A stretch of 64,000 nt of DNA from Hyalangium minutum. GTDB lineage: Bacteria > Myxococcota > Myxococcia > Myxococcales > Myxococcaceae. Below the pieces are notes generated by a model. That model made no database searches. It was not told the origin of the DNA and saw only the letters and a program-made list of their open reading frames with translations. Numbering within the stretch: position 1 is the first letter of the stretch; each line of letters opens with the position of its first letter. Of this stretch, positions 1-6,976 are shown one piece after another. The stretch lies in contig NZ_JMCB01000002.1 in assembly GCF_000737315.1 (NCBI RefSeq), positions 434,001 through 498,000 on the forward strand, read 5' to 3'. Position numbers and translations under genes: made by a program.

Positions 1-471
1 ATTGGAGGGCACAAGAAGTTCGTGTTCGTCCCTCATGCCCTGGAAGAGCGAGGTTACCTGACGCTCGGACACGCTCTTCGGGCCGGTGAATACGCCATCA
101 TCCAGACGCTCGAGTCCGACAGTGCCTACTTCGTCGAGCGGTGGAGCTATCCCGATGAGCAGCTCAGGGACAAGGCGCTCGAGTTCGTGAGGAAGTATTG
201 CAGGGACATCCTCATTGGTCTCTTCCGGTCCTCCGAACACGCGCCCCCTTCTCTCTTCTTCGCGCACCGGGAGCACGTGCACGTCGCGGCACACATCGTG
301 ATGGCGGACAGTCTCATCCACCCCAAACGAGGTTTTCCCATGCTGCTCGAAGTCGCGGATTCCTCCTGCAGGGGCGTGTTTGGCACGGACTCCTTCCAAG
401 GGCTTGTCCAGGACGCCTACACGCGCGCGGGTGGCAAGTACGAGTACTTCAACGAGCGGCACTGGCGGTAG
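1..471 (+). CDS. NurA-like (RNase H/PIWI-fold) nuclease, C-terminal part; 5' end lies outside the window
   Basis: Frame 1 is open from base 1 (IGGHKKFVFVPH...) to TAG at 469-471. C-terminal GFPMLLEVAD resembles the NurA GYPxxLxxAH/D motif. Ends 6 nt before a HerA ATPase, the usual NurA partner. Catalytic N-terminal Asp not visible. Confidence 0.6.
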   Translation: MGGHKKFVFVPHALEERGYLTLGHALRAGEYAIIQTLESDSAYFVERWSYPDEQLRDKALEFVRKYCRDILIGLFRSSEHAPPSLFFAHREHVHVAAHIVMADSLIHPKRGFPMLLEVADSSCRGVFGTDSFQGLVQDAYTRAGGKYEYFNERHWR

Positions 472-477
472 CGGGAG

Positions 478-2748
478 ATGGAAGACATGGCGGATGAGAA
501 TTTGCCGAAGTTATCGGGGGTATCCCAGGGCAACAGTCCCTCGCGAGCGGTGGGGGGAGATCCCCGAGAGGTTCCTCGCTCCGCTGGAGGGGGCCTGCCT
601 GAAAGGCCTGTGCGTCTGGGAGCCGCGGTAGGAGCCATGGGGCAAGGTCGGCCGCCTGAGGCGACGACCCTTCCGGCCGCTGGCACACGCCAGGCACCTC
701 GGCCCCCTGTTCGGGAGACTGCCACTCCGGGCAAGCCCGTACCTTCTCCGGCCGCGAGCGCACCTCGGAGCGAGTCCCCACGTCCCGCACAACCGGCAGG
801 AGTCCGGGCCCAGCAGCCTCCGCGGCCCGACGGCAGCCCCAAAGAGGTTCTCCAGAGGCTTCCTGAGGCGGAAGCCCATGCGTTCACCGAGCTGCGCTCC
901 CAGGCGAATGCGGCAGCGGCGGAACTGAACCCCGAGCTCGAGAACGCAGTGGGGTTCACTCATTTCGACACCGCGTCGAGCCAGGACAACCTCATCACCG
1001 TGCTGATGACGCGGGCTGATCTGCACAAGTTGCCCTCGCAGACACTCGTGCGGGTGAAGTCCCTGGAAGACAAGCGCTCCTACCTGGGCGTGGTCGTCCG
1101 CGGCCCCTTCTCCGAGCCGGATGCCGTGGCCGCCAACTCCAACATCGCCGTGGGCGTGGTCGTCCAGGGCAAGAAGCTCTCCTTTACCTTTGATTACCAC
1201 GGCCGGGCCGAGATCGAGATCCTTGGCGAGGAGAACGACGGCAAGGTGCTTCCCCCCGGCCACCGCCCGCGCCCCAAGAGCCCCGTCTTCCTGCTGGATG
1301 ACGAAGAGAGCGAGCACGTCCTGGGGATGAAGGGAGAACTGTGTCTTGGAATGGTCGTGGGCTACAAGCAGATGGAGGCGCGCATCGACGCCCTGGACAA
1401 GTCCATCCTGCCCCGCCATACGGGCATCATCGGGACCACCGGCGGTGGCAAGTCCACCACCGTCGCGACGCTCATCCACCGGGCCCAGTCCGCTGGAGTC
1501 GCCACCATCGTCTTCGATGTGGAAGGTGAATACACCCATGTGGACCAGGCCACCGACGAGCCGACGATGCTCGCGGCACTCCAGCGCAGGAAGCAGCGGC
1601 CCGAGGGGGTGAAGGATCTGCACATCCATCACCTGATAGGCCGTGACACCCGCAACCGCCGTCATAAGCACCGGCATCCCTTCGCGTTGAGCTTCTCGAG
1701 CCTCTCACCCCATGCCATCGCGGAGATTCTCGAGATGACGGACGCGCAGCAGGAGCGCTTCCACAAGGCCTACGAGGTCACCAAGCTGCTGTTGGAGGAT
1801 CTGAAGATCTTCCCGAAGACTCCCGAAGAGCAGCAGCAGTTGATGGAACTCGATGAGCTCTCCACGGGCTATCCGCGCATGACTCTCGAGCACCTCTTGG
1901 ATGTCGTGAGCACGTACATCTACGTCCTGAGCAGTGAGGGAAGGGCTGAGAGCAAGACCAAGACCAAAGGATCCTCCCGGCAGGCCCCGGTGCCCGGCGA
2001 GAACATCGAGGAGGGGGCCGTTGAGTCGGCACCCTCCCAAGGGCCTCGGCTCTTCAGCGAGTTCAAGGAGCACCTGCACCTGGTCTTCCGCCGCGTGCAT
2101 GAGCAGAGCAGCCGGAGCGAGGTGAGCTGGAAGGCCTTGTTTGGCAGGCTCCTGCGCCTGCGGCGCCTCAAAATCTTCGACGTGGGGCATGCACGAGGCG
2201 TGGATTACGACTCCATGCTGACCCCGGGGCGGGTGTCGGTGATCGATCTGTCGGACACAGACTCGCCCCAGCTCAACAATCTCGTCATCGCCGACATCCT
2301 CCGGGGGCTCCAGGAGCGGCAGGAGGAGCGCTACCAGCGGGCCCAGGAACAGAACCACCCCGTCGACCCGGCCCTCATCATCATCGAAGAGGCCCACGAG
2401 TTCCTCTCGGCCAGCCGCATCGCGCAGATGCCGGTGCTCTTCGAGCAGGTCGCTCGCATCGCCAAGCGCGGACGCAAGCGCTGGTTGGGGCTCGTCTTCG
2501 TCACCCAGTTGCCCCAGCACCTGCCCAACGAGGTGCTCGGCCTGCTCAACAACTTCATCATCCACAAGATGACCGACAGCACCGTCATCTCCCGGATGCA
2601 GAAGTCCGTGGGTGGGATCGACGAGAGCCTCTGGGGCCGCGTCCCCCGGCTGGCTCCCGGGCAGGCCATCGCCTCGTTCAGTTCCTTCAAGCGGCCTCTG
2701 ATGATCACCGTGGATCCCGCTCCCGTGAAGCGGTTGCTCGTGGATTGA
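478..2748 (+). CDS. herA: HerA/FtsK-superfamily ATPase (HAS barrel + DUF87 type) with a Pro/Ala-rich N-terminal extension
   Basis: Walker A GTTGGGKS, strand-2 VFDVEGEY, Walker B IIIEEAHEF, arginine finger/Q motif GRKRWLGLVFVTQLP. HAS-barrel-like region LVRVKS...YLGVV...PRPKSPVFL. RBS-like GGGAG before the ATG. Confidence 0.9.
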   Translation: MEDMADENLPKLSGVSQGNSPSRAVGGDPREVPRSAGGGLPERPVRLGAAVGAMGQGRPPEATTLPAAGTRQAPRPPVRETATPGKPVPSPAASAPRSESPRPAQPAGVRAQQPPRPDGSPKEVLQRLPEAEAHAFTELRSQANAAAAELNPELENAVGFTHFDTASSQDNLITVLMTRADLHKLPSQTLVRVKSLEDKRSYLGVVVRGPFSEPDAVAANSNIAVGVVVQGKKLSFTFDYHGRAEIEILGEENDGKVLPPGHRPRPKSPVFLLDDEESEHVLGMKGELCLGMVVGYKQMEARIDALDKSILPRHTGIIGTTGGGKSTTVATLIHRAQSAGVATIVFDVEGEYTHVDQATDEPTMLAALQRRKQRPEGVKDLHIHHLIGRDTRNRRHKHRHPFALSFSSLSPHAIAEILEMTDAQQERFHKAYEVTKLLLEDLKIFPKTPEEQQQLMELDELSTGYPRMTLEHLLDVVSTYIYVLSSEGRAESKTKTKGSSRQAPVPGENIEEGAVESAPSQGPRLFSEFKEHLHLVFRRVHEQSSRSEVSWKALFGRLLRLRRLKIFDVGHARGVDYDSMLTPGRVSVIDLSDTDSPQLNNLVIADILRGLQERQEERYQRAQEQNHPVDPALIIIEEAHEFLSASRIAQMPVLFEQVARIAKRGRKRWLGLVFVTQLPQHLPNEVLGLLNNFIIHKMTDSTVISRMQKSVGGIDESLWGRVPRLAPGQAIASFSSFKRPLMITVDPAPVKRLLVD

Positions 2749-2795
2749 GACCGCGAGACCGCTTGGACACATTCGCGCGGGTGCCCTGAGGAGAT

Positions 2796-2815
2796 CCCCC
2801 GAAAGGGGGGTATGC
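2796..2815 (+). repeat. 20-bp hairpin repeat, copy 1 (CCCCCGAAAGGGGGGTATGC)
   Basis: Read directly; 18/20 identical to 5176-5195. Forms a C5-GAAA-G5 stem-loop. Confidence 0.7.
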
Positions 2816-2825
2816 CCTCGATGAC

Positions 2826-2856
2826 GCCTTTCCTAGCTTGTTTGTCACTAGGAGGC
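2826..2856 (+). promoter_or_regulatory. Hairpin occluding the Shine-Dalgarno of the kinase-synthetase gene
   Basis: GCC-TT-TCCTAG (2826-2836) pairs with CTAGGA-GGC (2848-2856): 9 Watson-Crick pairs with a 2-nt bulge, covering AGGAGG at 2850-2855; ATG at 2861. Confidence 0.5.
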
Positions 2857-2860
2857 TCGA

Positions 2861-4495
2861 ATGTCGAAGGGAGAGCGGGTTCTTGTCATCTCGGGTCCGA
2901 TTGGAGCAGGCAAGAGCACGCTTGCCCAAGGACTCGTCGAGCGCCATGGAGCACATCGTGTCAGCTCTCGGGAGCTGTTGCTCGCGCGCATGGGAGAACG
3001 CAGTGGGGACCGGCGCACGCTCCAGGAGGCCGGTGCGGCGCTGGACCGCGAGACGGGTGGGCGCTGGGTGGCGGACAGCGTGAAGGAAGTCCTTCAGCGG
3101 CAGGAAGGACCGCCCCGTCTACTCATCGTGGACTCTGTCCGCATCGCATCCCAGGCCGAGGCGCTGCGAAGAGCCCTGGGGTCCCGGGTGGTGCATGTGC
3201 ACCTGTCCGCGCCGGAGCAAGAACTCGCGGCGCGATACGAACAACGGCGTTCGCGGGCGGTGTCCGACTCCGAGGGCACCTCGTTCGAGGAGGCCCGCGC
3301 CGATGCCACGGAGCGCGGAGTGGAGACGCTCGCGGAGTTCGCGGACCTGGCGCTGAACACACACCGGCATCCCCCCGAGGCGGTGCTGGTCCAGGTCGCA
3401 TGCCTGCTCGGGCTGTTTGGCCGAGACGTGGAGCGGCTCGTCGACGTGTTGGTCGGAGGCCAGTATGGAAGCGAGGGCAAGGGGCAGATCGCCTCCTATC
3501 TCGCGCCGGAATACGACGTCTTGGTGCGCGTGGGGGGGCCCAATGCCGGACATCGCGTGTACGAGGAGCTGGGGCCTTATACCTTCCACCAGCTTCCGTC
3601 GGGGACACGGGCGGCGCCTCGCGCGCGGGTGGCGCTGGGGCCTGGAGCCACTCTCTCGCTGACGTCTCTTCAGCAAGAGATCGCTGACTGCCGGATCGAG
3701 CCGGGGAGGCTCTTCATCGATCCCCAAGCGCTCGTCATCGAACCCTCGGACGTCGCGTTCGAGGAAGAGTCCTTGCGGAAGCAAATTGCGTCGACGGCAC
3801 AAGGTGTGGGGATGGCGACGGCGCGCAAGGTGCTGCGCACGGCGGCGAAGCCGCAGGTCCGGCTTGCGAAGGAGCTTGAAGAGCTGAGGCCCTTTCTCTC
3901 CCCTACGCGAGAGGTGCTGGAGGACACCTATGCGGGTGGCGGTAAAATCCTCGTCGAGGGGACCCAGGGGGCGGGTTTGAGCTTGCACCATGGGGATTAT
4001 CCGTATGTGACCTCGCGGGACACGACGGCGAGCGGGTGTCTGGCGGAGGCCGGCATTGCTCCAGGCCGGGTGCGTAAGACGCTTCTGGTATGCCGCACTT
4101 ATCCCATTCGGGTGCAGAACCCCGATGGAGGGGATGGCACCTCGGGCCCCATGAGCAGAGAACTTTCCTGGGATGAGATTGCCCAGCGCTCGGGCTTGCC
4201 TCTGGAGGAGCTGCTGACGCAGGAGCGTACCTCGACGACGAAGCGGCAGCGGCGAGTCTCCGAGTTCGATTGGAGCCTGCTGCGCAAGGCTGCCGCGCTC
4301 AATGCCCCCACGGACGTGGTGCTGACCTTCGTGGACTATCTCGCCGCGAGCAACAGGTCCGCCCGGCGCTTCGAGCAATTGACCCCAGAGGTGCACCACC
4401 TCATTGAAGGCATCGAGCGGGTCGCCCAGGCCCCGGTGTCGATCCTGTCCACGGGCTTTGGTTTTCAGAACATCCTCGACAGGAGGGCGTGGTGA
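2861..4495 (+). CDS. Fusion of an N-terminal P-loop (d)NMP-kinase-like domain and a short PurZ/archaeal-type adenylosuccinate synthetase-like domain
   Basis: Kinase: GPIGAGKST, RRTLQEAG, LIVDSVR. Synthetase (about aa 194-544): GGQYGSEGKG, GGPNAGH, IASTAQGVG, EGTQG...HHGDYPYVTSRD, RTYPIRV, STTKRQRRV, LTFVDYL. Confidence 0.9.
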   Translation: MSKGERVLVISGPIGAGKSTLAQGLVERHGAHRVSSRELLLARMGERSGDRRTLQEAGAALDRETGGRWVADSVKEVLQRQEGPPRLLIVDSVRIASQAEALRRALGSRVVHVHLSAPEQELAARYEQRRSRAVSDSEGTSFEEARADATERGVETLAEFADLALNTHRHPPEAVLVQVACLLGLFGRDVERLVDVLVGGQYGSEGKGQIASYLAPEYDVLVRVGGPNAGHRVYEELGPYTFHQLPSGTRAAPRARVALGPGATLSLTSLQQEIADCRIEPGRLFIDPQALVIEPSDVAFEEESLRKQIASTAQGVGMATARKVLRTAAKPQVRLAKELEELRPFLSPTREVLEDTYAGGGKILVEGTQGAGLSLHHGDYPYVTSRDTTASGCLAEAGIAPGRVRKTLLVCRTYPIRVQNPDGGDGTSGPMSRELSWDEIAQRSGLPLEELLTQERTSTTKRQRRVSEFDWSLLRKAAALNAPTDVVLTFVDYLAASNRSARRFEQLTPEVHHLIEGIERVAQAPVSILSTGFGFQNILDRRAW

Positions 4496-5169
4496 GCGGG
4501 ATTCGCGCGGACGACTTCTCCGAACGCTTTCCCCTCCTCTTTCACATGGCGGAGGCAGGGAGCTGGCCGAGCATCCAGCGCCATGGGCTGCTGAGCACCT
4601 CGGCGCTCCTGGACCTCTTCGAGGTGAGGGGCGAGCAGCGGGTGGCCTTGGAAGCACGGCATCGGCCCGAGTCTGTCACGCTCTATCACCCCCGGCACGG
4701 GACTGCGGTCGTGCGAGACCAGAAACCCATGGATGATGCAGGGCTGCTGCGGAGTCTGAGCGGCGGACTGTCTCCAACGGATTGGTACCAACTGCTCAAT
4801 GCCCGGGTGTTCTTCTGGGTCACCCACGAGCGGCTCACGAAGCTTCTCAATGCCCGAGCGTACCGGAACAAGCGGCAGACGGTGCTGACGCTAGACACCG
4901 CGCGGCTGCTGGCTCGCCATGAGGCGCGCGTCATGCTGTCCCCACTCAACAGTGGAGCGACGAAGCCATCTGCATGGCCTCGTGGACCGGACACCTTCCT
5001 GCCGATGGTGCGATACCCGTTCTCTTCTTGGGACCAGAGGCGCAAGCGCCGGGATCCGGTGGTCGAACTGACCGTCACCTATTCCGTGCCCGACATCAGG
5101 GACTTCGTGCTGCGAGTCGAGGAGTACGCGGGGGGGAAGCCAGACACGCTGTTGTTCAAGGCCAGGTGA
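4489..5169 (+). CDS. DarT-like ADP-ribosyltransferase-fold protein (DUF7002-like)
   Basis: LFHMAEAGSWPSIQRHGLLS matches the DarT N-terminal YHxTxxxNLxSIxxxGLLS pattern; central VFFW; C-terminal VVELTV carries a candidate catalytic Glu. GTG start overlaps the upstream stop (translational coupling). Confidence 0.65.
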   Translation: MVSGIRADDFSERFPLLFHMAEAGSWPSIQRHGLLSTSALLDLFEVRGEQRVALEARHRPESVTLYHPRHGTAVVRDQKPMDDAGLLRSLSGGLSPTDWYQLLNARVFFWVTHERLTKLLNARAYRNKRQTVLTLDTARLLARHEARVMLSPLNSGATKPSAWPRGPDTFLPMVRYPFSSWDQRRKRRDPVVELTVTYSVPDIRDFVLRVEEYAGGKPDTLLFKAR

Positions 5170-5175
5170 GTCACA

Positions 5176-5195
5176 CCCCCGAACGGGGGATATGC
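5176..5195 (+). repeat. 20-bp hairpin repeat, copy 2 (CCCCCGAACGGGGGATATGC)
   Basis: Read directly; lies 6 nt after the ART stop and 52 nt before the next ATG. Confidence 0.7.
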
Positions 5196-5247
5196 GTCTC
5201 TGCCTCGGGTCTCTAATTTGTGTCCTGAAGCAACCCAGGAGACGTCA

Positions 5248-5442
5248 ATGGCGACCGGAGTACAGGAGTTCAAGACGGGTGAGAAGTGCGAGACCAAAGG
5301 CAACTACGCGTTCGTTCGGTACGTGGACAATCCGCAGACCCCCCTTCCGACAATCAATGAGCGGAACATTCCTCTCGACAAGGGGGACACGTTCCCTCCC
5401 ATCAAGTCTCAGAACAGGGCAGCTTGGTGGAGGCTTACCTAG
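5248..5442 (+). CDS. Small YjzC-like protein (64 aa)
   Basis: AGGAG RBS then ATG 5248. FKTGEKCETKGNY...LDKGDTFPP...WWRL resembles the YjzC pattern (KxGEKAPxxGxY...LxKGDxFP). Confidence 0.65.
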   Translation: MATGVQEFKTGEKCETKGNYAFVRYVDNPQTPLPTINERNIPLDKGDTFPPIKSQNRAAWWRLT

Positions 5443-5459
5443 GTGACGTAGACGTGATG

Positions 5460-5493
5460 GCGAGCGTCGGAGCCTGTGAGCTCTGACGCTCGC
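5460..5493. terminator. Stem-loop between convergent genes, probable terminator
   Basis: GCGAGCGTCGGAGC / GCTCTGACGCTCGC: 14-bp stem with one G:U pair and a 6-nt loop, between the stops at 5442 (+) and 5503 (-). Confidence 0.65.
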
Positions 5494-5502
5494 ATCTAAG
5501 CG

Positions 5503-6774
5503 CTACCGGCAGGGGTAGTTGGACTTCGTGCAGGTGACGCCGGAGTTATACGAGTCGTTGAAGTGGGCGTAGTACCCGTCATAGAGCGGGTGCGTCGTCC
5601 CGGTCTCGCCCGCCAACTTGACGAAGATCTCCTCGTTCTCGTTGAGCGCGTCCTGGGACCAGTTCTGCGAGCCCGTGTACACCCGGTACTGGTACGCGGA
5701 GCCGTACTTGCCGTACACGAGGAAGAACTTGTCGTGCACCTTGTCGTGCCGGCGGATGTTCACCCCCGCATCCAGCAGCGAGTTGTAGACCGACTGCGCC
5801 ATGTCGATGCCGTCGGTCGAGTTCCCGCTCACCACCATCCACACCGCGCAGCCCCCGTTGCGGTAGCGCAGCACCTGGTTGAGTAGCTCCGGGCGCCCCG
5901 TGGTGACGAACGCCATGCCAATGCGCAGGCGGCAGTTCGCGTCCGGCGTGACGTCGTTCAGCCGCGTGACGATGGTGTCCGTCTGGCCCACGGCCTCGGG
6001 CGAGGCGTAGACGTCCGCAGGGTTGGACAGGTAGTAGCCCCGGCCGCTCGCCGAGTCGTAGTAGTCATTGTTGGCGTAGTGCCGCCGGTTCCACATGTCC
6101 GAGAAGTGGGCGTTGAGCCCGTCGTACAGCGTGACGGCGTCATACACGGTGATGGCGTTGTTGGACGCATCCGGTCCGCTCGCGTACGTCAGGTTCGATG
6201 AGCCGAACCAGGACACGTTCGGGTAGAGCACCCCGCTGGGATCCGTCGCCTGGCTGAACGTGAACATCTTCGTGTGCATATTGCCGGCGCTGCTCGTGCC
6301 GATGCAGCCCCCGCCACCACTCGCGTTGGTGCAGAACTTCGCGTTGGCGATCTTCTTGAGGGTCGCCACCGCCGGATCCGTGGAGGCTGCGTTCTTCCCA
6401 TCCAGCACCAGGGACACAGAGACGCCCCGCGTCTGCGCCGCCAGCAGCGCATCCGCCACGCCATCAATGCTGATGGAGTGAATGGCGCCCCGGATGGTGC
6501 CACCCGCGGGCGTGCTGTGGATGAGCCGCTTCAGCTCGTCCGTGATGGTGTAGTCCCGGCCCGAGAACGCGGGCGGGTTGCTGAAGTGTGCCCAGACCCG
6601 CTTGCCGCCCACCGTCCCCGTCGCGGAGCTGATCCCCGCCTGAACGACGCCGGTCTCCTCGCCCAGGAGCTCTTCTTCCTCGGGAGAGCGAGGCGCGCAG
6701 GCGGTGAGCGCCGCCGCGCTGAGAGCCACTGCCAGTGCCTGCAGAACCGCCTCAATGTTTGTCCGCGAACGCAT
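5503..6774 (-). CDS. Phospholipase D-superfamily lipoprotein with two HxK modules
   Basis: Start MRSRTNIE at 6774 follows GGAGG; lipobox LTAC; HTK...GSSN and HDK...GSQN motifs. The ORF-track extension to 7182 is upstream read-through. Confidence 0.8.
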   Translation of the reverse strand: MRSRTNIEAVLQALAVALSAAALTACAPRSPEEEELLGEETGVVQAGISSATGTVGGKRVWAHFSNPPAFSGRDYTITDELKRLIHSTPAGGTIRGAIHSISIDGVADALLAAQTRGVSVSLVLDGKNAASTDPAVATLKKIANAKFCTNASGGGGCIGTSSAGNMHTKMFTFSQATDPSGVLYPNVSWFGSSNLTYASGPDASNNAITVYDAVTLYDGLNAHFSDMWNRRHYANNDYYDSASGRGYYLSNPADVYASPEAVGQTDTIVTRLNDVTPDANCRLRIGMAFVTTGRPELLNQVLRYRNGGCAVWMVVSGNSTDGIDMAQSVYNSLLDAGVNIRRHDKVHDKFFLVYGKYGSAYQYRVYTGSQNWSQDALNENEEIFVKLAGETGTTHPLYDGYYAHFNDSYNSGVTCTKSNYPCR

Positions 6775-6867
6775 CTGCTCCCTCCAGGGGCTCGACAACC
6801 CGAGAAAGCCAGAATCACGGAGATAATGATAAATCAAGTGCTCCAGGAGCCGGTGACTTTCGATATT

Positions 6868-6886
6868 GAAAATGAGAACCATTATC
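6868..6886. promoter_or_regulatory. Fur box
   Basis: GAAAATGAGAACCATTATC is 16/19 to GATAATGATAATCATTATC, in an AT-rich gap upstream of hmuY; a partial box GATAATGATAA lies at 6822-6832. Confidence 0.8.
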
Positions 6887-6976
6887 AAATAGGGTCGCGG
6901 CCCGAAGTCTTCCTCTCTCTGCACACGCCCCCTGGACAGGACTGTGGCCATGAACTCCTCCACCGAAGTGAGACCG

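Noticed and set aside
2861-4495. Housekeeping purA
   Set aside because: Catalytic Asp is replaced by Ser, the domain is the short type, a kinase is fused, and the context is not purine biosynthesis.
1-5442. Prophage or Z-genome phage remnant
   Set aside because: No recognisable structural, integrase, polymerase, DatZ or MazZ genes in the window.
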